A stretch of DNA of 63,624 bases, filler included, from Reticulomyxa filosa (taxonomy: Eukaryota > Protista > Foraminifera): assembly GCA_000512085.1 (NCBI GenBank). It is 15 parts of 15 records of this genome, joined end to end, with 100 filler letters (N's around TTAATTAATTAA, not from the genome) between each part and the next. Parts side by side here need not be neighbours in the genome. Positions count along the whole stretch, not along the records: positions 8,188 to 16,253 come from ASPP01000102.1; positions 16,354 to 24,506 come from ASPP01022459.1; positions 24,607 to 27,677 come from ASPP01003185.1; 12 more parts are not named here. The stretch is one strand, 5' to 3'. Below the pieces are notes generated by a model. The model was not told the DNA's origin, ran no database searches, and saw only the letters and a list, made by a program, of their open reading frames with translations. A program made the position numbers and the translations under genes. This document shows positions 12,591 through 26,539 of this stretch, in pieces. How positions within the stretch are numbered: the stretch's first letter is position 1; every line of letters begins with the position of its first letter.

Positions 12591-13862
12591 GTCCACCTTT
12601 TTTTTTGTCCACGCCACTATTCGCTGTCTCCAGCAAAACTATTTCTCCTTTAATCATTATGCTTTATAGAGAACTGCCTTTTTTTTCCCCTTCTGTTTAC
12701 TCACTAGGACACTATCAGAATGCAAGAAAATCCAAGTGCTGCAGAAATATAAGTCTTTTGAGTAAATTTTTGCATTTTACCAAAACTCAAATGTCATTTT
12801 TAAATAACACAAAAACGCTTAATTTTCAATAAAGTAATGATGTGAAAAGAGATACAAACTAACTCGTCTTACAACGTGCAAAAAGTTATAGATGTCAGAA
12901 GATATATTTTATTTGACTTAATAATAAAAAGTATTATCAAAAGAAATAATCACTTTATTATGCTACTTTATAGTCTTGTGGGTTTTCCTGCTGCTGAAAG
13001 AGGTGCGCAAACTGTAATACGAAAGGTTTTCGCTCTTTTGAGCAATTTAAAACAAAAGATTAATGATTTAAATAAAAGAGAAAATAAACAACAAGATTCA
13101 ACAAGTGAAAGAGAAAAGACAAGTCGTAAAAGTGAGTAGTGTGTTGTTAAAATAAAGGGTTCCAAAGTTCACTTGTAGTGCGAGAATTACTTATTACGAT
13201 ATCATGAGTACTACACTCACGCGGACACCTTTCAAAAAGGTATTCATGTGGTTTCCTTAAAAAAAAATCAAGTTAGTGACATATTTGTGAACACATTACA
13301 ATGATATGTAAAATGTTATCGGAGCGTGCAGACTCGATAGTAGCTGAAGAAAATAGAATAAATAAATAAAGTATTTGAAAAAAGTCCAATAGCTAAGTTG
13401 TCCGCATTTTTCCGCCTCACCGGGTTTATGGCCTATTACTTTTTAGCTCAGATAAAATGAGCACAAATATAGTCCAATGAATACAAGAGGAAAAAATGGT
13501 GTAAAAAGAAGCAGAAAAATTATAAAAAGTAAAACGCACATATCGAGAACAATAAACTCGTACCAAGTAGTGGAAATGAGCAAGCCATGAGAAAAATGGG
13601 ACGTAGGCGAGCACGTATTGTGTCGACTGCCGGAAGGATGTCAATGGTTCCATGCTTCATGTGTCCTATTTTACTTTTTCAATTTGCTTAAAAAAAAAAG
13701 GTAAAAATAACACAATAAAACCAAATACATTGTCTTTTCTAGTGAAAAATAAATCTAAATTTGTGTGAATATTACTGCAAAATTCAGCAGGGCCTCTCCA
13801 TTTTTTATCATGAAAATTTTAAAATAATCAATATTCTTTCACTCTCTGTTGCAACAAAAGAA

Positions 13863-15142
13863 ATGGAAAAAAGCACTGATCTCTCTCGTGTTTGTGTAAT
13901 CCATTTGCCAAGCAAAAACTGTTTGTATGATCGAATAACAAACGGCGACGAGCACATCTGGGCAAGAGACGACGACAAAAATGACCCGATAACACAACCG
14001 TTGACACGTAAGCTGCCAGTGTCCGGGTCGAAAAAAGATCGTCAAAAAAGACAAGAGTTGGTATCACTAATCCAGTTGTTTTTCCAAACGTCAAGAGACC
14101 TAGGCCAAACAGGTTCAAAAACCGAGCGTTTTAATCCAATCCAATTCCATTCAAATTAAACACAAAATAGCAAAGCCAATAACATTTACAAATATACATG
14201 TGTATTTGTATGTGTTATTGTAAATGTGGTTTGATAGGGGTTGTAAAAGCGTGCTTTCAAGTTCCTCCAGAAAACCGAGGAACAAATTTTGCAGTGAAAT
14301 TTACGCCTCACTTTGGAACATTGGCCCGCCCAAAAAAAAATGTGTGTACGCAGTGCTTGCGTTTCTGATCTTGGACCAATGCCAACATAAAACATCTATT
14401 GTTGTTGTGTAACAATGGAAAGGTGGCTTCGCAAACGAAGTCGATGATTTTCGGTCAGTCAGAAATGGAAATGGTAATCGAAAGTGACGACGGTATAGTG
14501 GTTGCAGTTTTTTATGGACAACGCTGTCAAGTTTTTTTTTTTTTTAAAAAAAAAGGGCTTTTTATTTTTTTTTTGATTGATGTGTAATAAATAATATATA
14601 TATATATATACATGTATATATAATATATATGAGTGGAAGGAAAATTGAATTTAAAAAATAAAAATATATCACAGAAAATGACGGCGGAACGTTTGGCCCG
14701 TGATTTGCTGGAAAAATTTTGCGAAACGTTTCCGCATGAGATTCGGCGGCTGAGACAGGATTACAATAAAACGAACCAACAGAACGATGCGAAAGAGTCG
14801 GAGAATGTAATAGGTGGAGGGGATGACAATTTTTTAGGCGACTCGAGCCCCACAATAGGGACGGTCAATCCGAACGAAATTGACGTGGGTATCATCGATG
14901 AGAGTGAAAAAGAAGAAAACCCTGAGGAGTTGCGCATTCGAAAACAAGAGAGGGTCATGACTGTTTATCATCGCCGATTTGATGATATTGTCTCGCAATT
15001 GATGTCCAAAATACAGAGCAAGGGAGGAGATGATTTTGCCCCCTTTGGCTCTTTGGACGAGGGAGAGGAAGAAGAGTTGAATGACTCACAACAAGACTCT
15101 TCTGCAACACACAATAGCATGGAGTCCATGAAAAGTGACTAG
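13863..15142 (+). CDS. Probable longin-fold protein with acidic tail (4 exons)
   Basis: Splicing GT-AG introns (including in-frame 14342-14422) gives SRVCVIHLPSKNCLYDR...ELVSLIQLFFQTSRDLGQTGVVKACF...MEMVIESDDGIVVAVFYG...MTAERLARDLLEKFCETF, matching a beta-beta-alpha-beta-beta-beta-alpha longin pattern. Confidence 0.5.
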
Positions 15143-15667
15143 ACCACCCTCTTTTTTTTTCCACTGTTAAATACAATAATAAAAACTCCATTTTGAATTT
15201 TTTTTTTTGTGTGTGTTGTTTGGCAAGTGCAGGCTCATCTTTCAGAACAATGACCCTTTTCTGTTGTTGTTTAAAAATGTGCTATTAAACAAACTTTCTT
15301 CAATCCAATGTCGCAAACCAAAACGGCAATATATTTTTTCCAATGTAAATCTCAATCCAAATATTATAATGCTTATTGAAATGATATTGCTCTATATAAC
15401 TTGTTGCGTTTATACACTTTTCTTTATATCTCTGTTTTCTTCATTAGGCGATATTCAATGGTCTTTGAAGGAGATAAGCAAGATTAATCAAACCTTAAAC
15501 AAATCGCCTATGAAACATAAGTACGAATAAAGGATAAACATACCACTTTTGATCACATTGCGCATTAAACCGTTCAAGTGTTTTTCTGCTGTGAACAAAA
15601 CTGAAGATTTTTTTTGAGTGTGTTATTTCCCCTTTTCCAATAATTTGAATACTTTTATAAACATTAA

Positions 15668-16208
15668 ATGCAGGACAAAAAACAACCTGCTGGCAATGGT
15701 CCTGAGGCTTTGCCTGGGAGCGAGCGTAGCTTTTGTTAATCCTCACTAATTTTTTTTTTTTTTTTGTCGTAGCAAACTGTATACCCCTCCCCTTCCTTTT
15801 TTTTTTTTGGATATAAACAACAAGCACGCTGTTATAACAAATACTGAAAAGCTCCCAAGCCACTTCCGGGCCAGGCCAATGGCGGAGATCTGAGACAGCG
15901 TCATCACCGAGGGAGATCAAGCCATGGGAGCGTGTGGCGCAAAGAGCACTTATTAGAAAAGCAAGAGAACGAGTTCGAAGACGTGACCGCACTGCTGAAG
16001 AAGCTGCAGTTGAGCAAGATCTACGGTCCATTGGTAAGTAACGGTTTGAGCGAATTGCCGGTATTGGCCAAGTGTCCAGCGCACGCGTTACAAAGTGTGT
16101 GTGACATAAGCTTGCAAGAAGCGCAAAAATTGATTGAAGAAGCCAAGGCCATTACAAGCGCACGACGTTCGAGACAAAAGATTGAGGACGACGAGGAGCC
16201 TGATCAAG
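15668..16208 (+). CDS. SAM/helix-hairpin-helix-like domain protein, 5' part (cut by contig end)
   Basis: Short first exon MQDKKQPAGNGPEALPGSE; exon 2 DVTALLKKLQLSKIYGPLVSNGLSELPVLAKCPAHALQSVCDISLQEAQKLIEEAK. Confidence 0.55.
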
Positions 16209-16210
16209 GT

Positions 16211-16253
<43 letters not shown>

Positions 16254-16353
16254 NNNNNNNNNNNNNNNNNNNNNNNNNNNNNNNNNNNNNNNNNNNNTTA
16301 ATTAATTAANNNNNNNNNNNNNNNNNNNNNNNNNNNNNNNNNNNNNNNNNNNN

Positions 16354-19300
16354 TCGTGGTAAATTTTTATAAACCAACATACAATGTAAGAAAAAAATGA
16401 GAACACAGTTTACCCGGAGTTGTAATGATGTAAGAAAGAGGAAGACCTTTATTATCAATGCATAGGCGTGCAAGTCTTTTGTGCAACAAGGATCGGCACA
16501 TTACGCTCTGCAGTGTCAATTGTGGCAGTTTCGAGCGTGGGTTATTCTTCGTTGATATTTACACCGAATGCAACAAAGGGAGTGAATTCGATCTGTGGAC
16601 ATAACTGAGTATGGGATAACACATTATTGATATGTAGAAATGTTATTAATATGATCGTATTCGAATGGAATTCACCCAATTATTTGATTGCAAACACGGA
16701 ACGATGCAATGAGTGAATATCACAGTCAAGCGAATGTCATGTAGCGAGTGGGTTGAATATTATGTACGACAAATTTTGGATTTGTTGTCATTCTTTCGAG
16801 TGTCGAATCACATGTCGTCGAAGAGTATAATCTCTTATTTCAATTCGGTGTCACGTTGTGGTCCACCTTCTTGTAAAACATAGGTGTCGATTTGGTTCGG
16901 GGTATTGAAAATGTTCCAAATGGGTCATCGAAAAGAAGTGCACAATGCACGCACAATAAAATCAATACACACTCGGAATCTCGATTGTCGCAGCCTCTGA
17001 ATATGTTTACACATAAACGTTGCCTTCAAGATGTTGTATCGGGACAATCCTCGTCATATTTGAGAGCAAATCAATTTTTTTTTTAAACAAATAATCCTGC
17101 GATAAATAATACAAAGTCAAATTCCGCATGTTCAAATATCGATATCAAAAGGAAATCTCCTAGCGCAATCTTTACGCCATATTGCAAATATGGCTGGAAC
17201 GACGTCCAGTGGTAGCACATTTGAACGACAAGACAGCAATTCAAAGGATTTCGTTCAAATGGAACATTGATCGAAGTAAAAGAGTTAGAGATTAAAAACA
17301 ATTTGTTCAAAGTAGCATCAGCATACAACACGTATACTATCTCTATCACAAGTGACATCCTTGATTGTCAGCTTTTCATATCCCATTGCAGATTATATCA
17401 TGGCTGTTGTGCAAGCATTGAACCCCGCAAGATTTGAATGGTGCAGTGGAAACATTATATATCTTATCCCTATATAACATATGGAATCAGACAATTGAGT
17501 ACCTCCCACTCCAATTGCATTCTCTACACAATCCATATTTCCACAATCAATCAATATTGAACACGATCAACCAACATATTATAACGCAACGATATCAACA
17601 AATTGGAAATCGTTGGATGTGTGTACATTGGATAAAGGCATTGCTAGATATGGTAGCGTCGACAAACAAATGAATCGGGATCAGGATCAGCAATTTTGAA
17701 AACTTTTCAACAAATCGTCCAATTGGTATCTCGGGAGCAAGTCACACAAGTACTTTACCTATCACGTTGGTACATATTGTAATTACAGCTCAATAGTGGA
17801 TTGCTTCGTGATAAGTTGATACAATCAAAGGAAGCAACGAGGAAAAAAAAAAAGCATAAAAAAGGATAAGAAATAAGGACAATGAATCAGAAGTGATGGA
17901 TGAAGGTCGGTATTGATGTATGTTGTTTGTGTCATATCTTCTATATCTATATCAAAACAAGGTAAACGTGGACTTTTTTCATTGTGAAGTGATTTACTTT
18001 AGGTTTGAAGGGAAGAGGAGAAGGAAAAAAAAAGATTAAATGAAAGAGCAGAGGCAAAAATGGTAGATCAATAGTATAATATGGCAAGCGGCAATTGATC
18101 GTATGAAAAGAAGCGACAATGGCTAATATGTATGGAGGTGAAACACAAATAACGGAGAGTGTTATTGTCTACAATCACACCTACTTTCAATTCCAAAATG
18201 AATTATGTGAACAGCCGGATATTGATATCGTTGCGTTTTACATACATTTGCGATTATGTATGTGCCCCCTCATCATCCGATATCATACACCAGAAGTGTA
18301 TAGAAACACTCTAGAGATGTAAAAATGATATAACGTCTGTGTTGATTTAATGGAAGATATTATACTTGTGATATATTACAATTCGATTGGCAATTACAAG
18401 TAACTGTTTTGTTTCTTTTTAATTTATCCAAACAATTTTTTAAAAATAAGTGTATGTTTATTTGTTTGTATGATCTCAAAATTGAAAAAAAAACATTTAT
18501 AATTGTTGTCTTTTTTCTTTTTTAAGCAAATTTAAATTAGTTTGTTTTGTTGTTTTCACTCTAGAATGCTCTAAGTCCACAAGCAGTGGAAGTGATTGGA
18601 CCACAAATGAATTAGAAGAAAGAATAAAGACATCAAATTAAATACTGCCATCTGGTGAGCAATTCAATCCAAATGAACGTATCAGAACGAAGAATAGAAC
18701 TGATTTGCATCAAAGAAAATATTGATTAAACGTAAATCTGATAACAATTGGGTGAGTATGTAACATATACATTTGAAGGTTTTTTTAGATCGTGTTAAAA
18801 CAAAATTTGTACAACAGATACTTAAAGATTTGGGTCCAGTCTTCGTTAGAGAGCAGAACCAGGAAATGATGAATGCATCGTTGTGAAGGCAATAATATCA
18901 GTCCCTCCAACATTTGGGATACGGCACATAGACGTCAGTTTCGTATATTTTATTTTTTTTTAAAAAAAGAAAAATAATTTGACAAAAAAAACTACTAGGA
19001 GCGACTGTCGTGATTCAAATACTTTCATTATTCGCACGCAGCGCATTCACGACTATGGACAGAAAAACATGAATGTGGATGATCATCATAATGTAGATTT
19101 TTATCATGTCATCAAAGATATGATTATAAATATATGTATATATTTATCATTCACAATATGGATTGCAATCACAATGATCCATCGACCTTTCTCCGTGTTG
19201 ACAATCGCAATTGTGTCTTTGCTCCTCCAACGTACCATTATCATCATCACGATTATTAATATCAATCATTTGGGATATTAAAGGCAATTCGCCAAAGTTT

Positions 19301-19710
19301 TTTGACTGATGGATGTGTAAGAAACAGTCACGAAAGTATAAGTGGAATGATTGATCAATTAATAGCTTAATGACGCGCAAAAAGGTTGAGTGGTTGAATA
19401 CTTGAACCAAAATTATTTCGAAAGAAGGATTTACTGGATTGCAAGTTTTGAATTGGTTTTTCATTCATTTATATAACATACATATAAATATATAAATATA
19501 TATTTGAATAAATAGAAAAATGAAAAATAAAACTGTGGTGAAGCAGTTATTCGCAAAGAAATCTGAGAATGGATCAGGAATGATGGCCAGTATCCTTGTT
19601 GAAACAAATCCTGAATTGCATCCCAAGTACAAAACTCGGTCGGTCATTGGCCATGGTTTGTCTAAATGCTTTACGAGCTCTCTGTTGAGATCGCAGTAGT
19701 AATTTTGGAG
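16354..19710 (+). pseudogene. Decayed multi-exon gene of unknown family
   Basis: Coding-like blocks with residual GT/AG boundaries but many stops and frameshifts (e.g. WDIKGNSPKFFD*WMCKKQSRKYKWND*, ILVETNPELHPKYKTRSVIGHGL). Confidence 0.45.
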
Positions 19711-20779
19711 TGAGTGTTTAATATTTTTTTCATATAAGTTATGCATTACTCCATTTGTGAAGTGTGATATTTAAATATTTTGGTTGGTAAGACCAACCTT
19801 CATCAAATTGTCATAAATCTTTTATATGCTACTCATCATCATTTGTTCCATCATTGGATTGATACATTTCTTTTTTCTCATTATATTTAAAATAAAAATT
19901 TTTGTTTCATTAACCACTAGTTTGTAAAACAATCAATAATAAGTGTATTTTGGAAATATGATTTTTTAAAATAAGGAATAAAAGAAAAATTAATTAACAT
20001 TTAATAATTTATCAAATGAAAAAGAAATTTAATCGAATCCCAAAATAAATTGGTAGATTAACTTGTGAAGTTTTACAATTAGAGCTTGGTTAATAATTTA
20101 AAAAATACCTCAATATTAAACCAAAGTCCTAACGAAAAGAGACAAATAGTAATGCTTTCAACACAGTGTGCATTCTTAATTAGTAATAGAGATCATTTAT
20201 ATGAAAAAATAGATTTGGAAAATATAAAAATGTGAGTAAATTGTTTTTCAGATACAATCAACTGATATCGTTGTTAAGCGAGATTAGTAAGTAAATCATC
20301 GGATTGTTTATTCTATGCTTCATCAATTCAAGCGCCTTTGAAAAAAGTTGTTAAAATGCAATTATAAGCAACTGTTTTGTTTTGTTTTCTAATTTATACA
20401 AACATTTTTTAAAAAATATTTATTTGTTGTTTATATGCTCCCAAAATTGACTGGTGGCAAAACTTGCTCAAAGTATTGTTTTTTTTTTATATGCAAATTT
20501 GAATTATTTGTGTTTGTTGTTATTTTCTCAAAAGTTACAAGAAATGAAATTCAAGCATTAAGACGATGGGGCCACAAATGAAAAAGATAACAAAAATGTT
20601 GAAGAAATACATTCAACTGCTGCATTGCAAACTTTTTTTTTCATTTTGAAATCTGTCCTTTTGTTTTTTTTAATGTGTTATTTATTCACAATAAAAAAAT
20701 TTTAACAAATAAAAGAAAAGTTGGCCACTGTTCGAACTTAACTTCAGGAGATGTTTTTCTTGTAGCAGCGCATTAATTA

Positions 20780-22530
20780 AAAGCAATTTGTTTTGAAATA
20801 TGTTAATTAAAATTGCAAATTACAATGTATTTTTTTATAAAAGTGTGAAATTGACAGTCGTAAAAACTCTTTTTTCCTTTTCTTGGTGAGGTCGGAGTTC
20901 TTGTGCTGGCGTTGTAGGTATGTGCGCGCTATTTCAATATTCGCATCCAAATGATGCCCAGGTCTTTCAAATTTGGTCGTCACCATCACACAAACGCAAC
21001 AACAATCATCAATTACGTCAACAATACTCAAATCATCACATCAACAATTACAACAATTCGACAACATCTATCACACAAATAGTGACCACAAAGGCCATCT
21101 GCCAAATTTGTGAGTGCCCAATCACGGGCTTGGTAAAAATAAAAAATTATATACTCACTCGATATTATATGACATTGCACTACAGTTACTTTCACAATAA
21201 ATTTCTTTCAATAAAAAAATAAAAAAAGATATAAAAGTAAGGGGAAAAAATGTTGATAATGATAATAATATCAGTATATTTTAATTTTCATATATTAAAA
21301 AACAATGGATGACATATTAGGACTTCCGGCAATGAAGATTTGCTCAAGCCAAGTCCACAGTGGCGACATGCGTAGATACGACAATGCACGCACAAATAAT
21401 ATGATTATAGGCGCTGTTAGTGTTGTGGCAAGTGGCGAAAATTATAATGTGGATGTTTCTAAGGGTCATGCCAAAATATTTGCTCACGATATGCATGTCG
21501 TGAATGTTATATTGTTTTTGCATACGCAAATGCAACAAACGATTGGACATTCAAAAGGTTTATGTTGGTATCAAAGGCACCCAAGACGTTGTACGAAAAC
21601 AGAAGTGCCTTTATCAATGGTGGTGGTAATCACGCAAAGCTTGCAATTAGTATTGGAAGAACGTCGTTGGGTTATGGATCATTATTTCTTTATAGCCATT
21701 GTGTCAATTTTATCACGTGGTTCGATTGGTTGAGATTGTTGAACTCAGTCGCTATATACAATGTCCAACACAAGACAAAGTACAAAAGGCCGACCCACCA
21801 TGACGACGGCGACTTACGCAGCAACAACAAACGGCCAATCATATAAAATTAAACAATGCAAATTGGTATGTCTCCACAATTCTCTTGATACGTATATGTA
21901 TATGTACATACTTTTTATCCTTTTGAAACAAATACATAAAAACAATGTATGGTTGTGTTATTGTATACGTGGTACACATTACAGAAAAAAATAGGCAATA
22001 CAATGACTGCAATGCAAACGACGACAAGCAGATACGGGGTAGAAGCCACCCCTGTCTCCGAAAGGAGCAAAAAAGGTTTGTTATATCTTTTTTTAAAATA
22101 AAAATATATTCATATGATGTATGTTTGTGTACAGGAGTCCCCTGCCACAGAAAAAGTTACATTTTTACCCCACTGTTCTCTACACACAAAAAAATTGGGG
22201 TCGAAGGCCACCCCGCCTCCGAAAGGAGGAATAACGGTATGTTATATTTATATATTGTATACTTTTCTTTTGTTAAAATAAACTGTTTGTGTGTGTATGT
22301 TATAAATAGGAATTCCCTCAAAGAAAAATATTATATATGTATATTCTTTTTTTTTTGTTCCATTCATATATACAAAAACAAAAAAAGATTTAGTGTTGTA
22401 CCACAGGAAACAAAGTTTGATATTGAACTTGAGCTCCGCTTGCACAGTTAAATATTTTTTTCTGTTCTATAAAAATTTAAAAAATAATTTGTTTGTGTTT
22501 GTAGATGTCCCAGGTCACAAAGGTGTTGTC
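20780..22530 (+). pseudogene. Fragmented gene or pseudogene: CxxC segment, unassigned domain and micro-exon-like tail
   Basis: KAICQICECPI (~21090); frame-broken ORFs 21305-21733 and 21562-21846; short AG-GT-bounded blocks at 22040-22525. Confidence 0.35.
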
Positions 22531-24839
22531 GTTAAGAAGAAGTTAGAATGGGGTGATGGAAAAAAGTGAAAAATAGATAAAAAATTGTAGAAAAAAAAGG
22601 GAAGATTGAAAAGAGGGAAAAAAAGGGAAGATTGAAAAGGGGGGAAAAAGATAGATAAAATAGGGGAAAAATATGAATAAAAAAAGGTTGGAAAGAAAGA
22701 ATATAAAAAAATGTTTATGTGATTATAAGAAAAAAAGTGATTGAAAAATAATAAAGAAAAAAATAATGAATGAAAAAAAAAAGATTGATAAAAAAAAAGA
22801 AAAAAAGATAAAGAGAAAAAAAAAAATAAAAATGGAAACTTTTTTTTAAGTATTGGAGCTATGACTCCAGAAAATTAGATCCGGTGGATCTCAACAATAA
22901 AAGTTAAGTAAAATAAATTAATATTTTTTCTTCATATTTGACTTGTTTAAAATAAAAAAATAGTAATGGAAAGCGATGCAGCGGCGGATAATCAACAACA
23001 AGCTCAGTATTAAAAATCTTATCACATCATACGTTCTTTTCACTTTCCGTACTATCCTTGTGTGTTTCTCCAATTTCTTTTTGTAACATATTTTTTAAAT
23101 ATAGGCGGCAAAGGAAAAAAGTATACGTGGACGTTCTTGTGAAGCCTGAGTGCCGATTCGATCAAGGGATGTGTTATCATTAAATTGACATTGGTGGGTA
23201 AGTTGTAAGAAATTTGAATATATTTCGACTGTACCGAAGACTTCACGCATTACCATATATCCGTTTTGCAATACATTGTAATTTAAAACAATTTTAAAAA
23301 AAACAAATCGAAAATAAACATAAAGTTGTCATTAAGATAAATTGTTTTGTGATATACAGACTTGGCGTTTTTGGATAGCGGAGTGTATTACCCAGTGGAA
23401 CCATATCCAGATGGAAGCCTTTGCACGTGCGCCGAAAGCATTTCGCATGTGAGGAATGAGCACAATGGATCTGAGGCAAAGAATCATTTGTTGTGGACTG
23501 GGTTTCGAGAACCCACGTACATTGATAACACCTGCTCGCTATATCTACGCCAATCGAGCTGCGCTTCAGCATGCCACTCAGATCGCTGTCATGTGCAATC
23601 ACCTGCCGAATTTCTTTTATATGGATCTACTCAACATTCAATGCAATCTTCATGATATCCTCCGATCTCGGTCCCAACTTTTCTGCCACTATCCATTCTG
23701 TTGTGAAACCGACTGTGGACCGAGTTATCAATCGTGCTCGTGCTCACAAGTATATTCGACTATCAGTTCCTTTGGAATGTACTTACGTTGATCAAAGCGA
23801 ACTATCTCGTGCACAAATTTTTTCAAAACATTGTGTAAAATGTGTGATCTATTGTAACAATTGGTATTCGTTCGTTGCGCTTTATTGTGTCATCATGCCC
23901 AAGACTGTCCAGATGTGTACGTTATGTCATGAGAGGCAACGTGGAATTATCGAAAGTTTTTTCTGGATTCGCAGCGACAGTCCGTCATATGCTTGCACAA
24001 ATTACTCTCGAACAAATTTGTTTGACAACGCCCCGGCAATCGTATCAACCACTCGCCATTCGTATCTTCATTGACAAGAGTTTCAATACAAGACCAAATG
24101 GTAATTCTATCAGTATCCTCAACAGCACATCATACTATGTCTTTCCATGCCTTTGTACTATAGTTGTAAAGATGATGCGTATTGCGAGCTTTCAATGTAT
24201 CGTGGTGGTTATTGTTGTTGTAAAGTCATCTTGGAGTTTGCCAGTCCATCGTGTTTTTCCGATTGTACGATTTATCTTACCTGCGGATTACTTGTGTCGA
24301 CAGTGAAGAACAAGAACGTGACTGTCGTACAAATGACTTTACATATTGAATACGATAGTGCAGCAACAAAGACCCCGGGTTGCAAGTCAAATGGAGCATT
24401 AGCAAATTGATACGACAAGTAGCAAGGATGAACCCCAGTAATTATAGTGCACATATCCGTTAGCAGCTGTGAGTGACACAGAATTATTGCAGATGAATCG
24501 CGACGANNNNNNNNNNNNNNNNNNNNNNNNNNNNNNNNNNNNNNNNNNNNTTAATTAATTAANNNNNNNNNNNNNNNNNNNNNNNNNNNNNNNNNNNNNN
24601 NNNNNNAAAAATCATTTAAAAGAATGGTGATTTCATCCAACAAAAAAAAACTTTATTAAAAAACCAATATCATATTTAAAAACCACAAGGTTTGTAGATA
24701 TTTTTAAAAATAAAAAAAAAATTAATGTCTAAATGTTGATTTTTCATGGAGAAAATCAATTATCATCATAAGATATCATTTTAGGCGTTCAGTTTTCTTT
24801 GCAACCTACTGTATGTTAGTTCATTTGTTTTTTCTTTTT

Positions 24840-25632
24840 TTTATGTTTGATACGTTTCGTTCATCATCCAAGTTAATCAATACATTCACTGGACAGGATT
24901 TGTGTATAGTATTGATTATTCAACATTTGATGATTGTCAACTCATTTGTTCTGGATCATATGATCAAAAAGTTCGTGTATGGGATGTTGATATCAACAAA
25001 CAAATTCAATCATTCAATGAACATTCATCCTTTGTTTATTGTGTGAAATTTTTATCATATTATTATCATAATCATCGTCAAAATGTCATTTGTTCTTCAT
25101 TAGAAGACAAAATCATTCGTTTTTGGGATTTCAAACATAATAAAGAATTACAAATATTCAATGGGCACACTCGTGGTATTTATTGTATTGAATTTTCACA
25201 ATTTAATGGTGATAGATATTTGTGTTCTGGATCATTTGACAAAGCAATTCGTCTATGGGATATTGAAACATCAAAATCATTATATATTTTCAATGGACAT
25301 GAAAATACTGTTTGGTGAGTTGATATTTCATCATTACAAAGCAATAATAATAATGAAATGAATATACAATTTGTTCTGGATCATATGATAAAACCATTCG
25401 AATATGAGATATTGAAACAACAAAACAATTCAATGTGTTCAATGGACATACAAGGCAAGTATTGTCTGTTGAATATTCACCATTTATAATAAAGAATAGT
25501 ATTTGTAATTCGAATGTGATATGTTCTGGATCATTTGATAATACAATTCGTTTTTGGGATATTCGATCAAATAAGAATAAATTGTATATGATCAAAGGAG
25601 ATAGAAAAGATTTTGGAATATTTTTTTCTTAA
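24840..25632 (+). pseudogene. WD40-repeat pseudogene of the expanded family
   Basis: ICSGSYDQKVRVWD, FNGHTRGIYCIEFS and CSGSFDNTIRFWDIRS repeats, interrupted by in-frame TGA at ~25316 and ~25406 and by frameshifts. Confidence 0.88.
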
Positions 25633-26539
25633 ATTTATTGTAATGCAAGCATTGAAAGATGTGTTTTATCTTACTTTGTTTTTTAAAAAAATTTAAAAAG
25701 CTGCGTTCAATTTTTTTTTGAAGAATAGCAAATAAAAATTGTATCCAAATATGAAACAAATTGCAAAATATTTTGAGTATGTTTTTTTATAGCATTGAAC
25801 ATGATTGTTTTTGTAATAATTCATGACATAAATTCTTTCTATTTCAAACCGGAAATATCATTTAAAAACTTAAAATATTGTCGTTATCATTGAATTTTTT
25901 GAAAGAATACATCATCAATTCAACAATATTATTATTTATATCACGTAAAGAACACACAATGTTATGCAATGCATTCATTGATATTGTATTGATTAATTTA
26001 ATATCATTTTTACACATAGAAGTTGTTTCATTTCTGAAGCAAGATGTAGTGGTGAAGCGCCAACTATATTTGTTGCATACAAATTTATTTTAAAAAATAA
26101 AAACGAATGAACAAGGTAAAAATTCAACTAAAAAACTGAATGTGTAAAAAAAAAACAACATGCGATCATAATTCGCTAAAGTTCTTACTTCAGGAAAGCG
26201 ACATCACGTTGTATGCACTATATACACTATAATTAAAGGATTTGGAAAAAGTCAGTGTGCTTGCATGCAACAATGACAACAATCAAACCAAGGGATGAGA
26301 TTAAGAATATATACTTTGAATTTTTGTATGTCCTAGCTTTTTTTTTGGTAATGTTTAAATTTAGATCAAAGTGATTTTAGGAAGACATAATTGCTTTGTT
26401 TAATTAATTGTTCATTAAAAAAAAATAGTAAAAAAATATATGCACATTCACACAAATGTATAAAAGTCATCAAAGACTTATTTTACATTTTCATCCTTCT
26501 ATGAGAAGAATAAGTGCAATATTCAAACGTGAACGTGAA

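Noticed and set aside
12876-13660. Small gene between syntaxin-5 and the longin-like gene
   Set aside because: Only short ORFs with no recognisable motif; no consistent exon chain could be built.
22555-22835. Purine-rich A/G tract as telomeric or satellite DNA
   Set aside because: Irregular low-complexity sequence without a fixed unit.
25310-25410. TGA reassignment or selenocysteine in the WD40 gene
   Set aside because: Accompanied by frameshifts; intact genes use TGA as the terminal stop (e.g. 53752-53754) and TGG for Trp.
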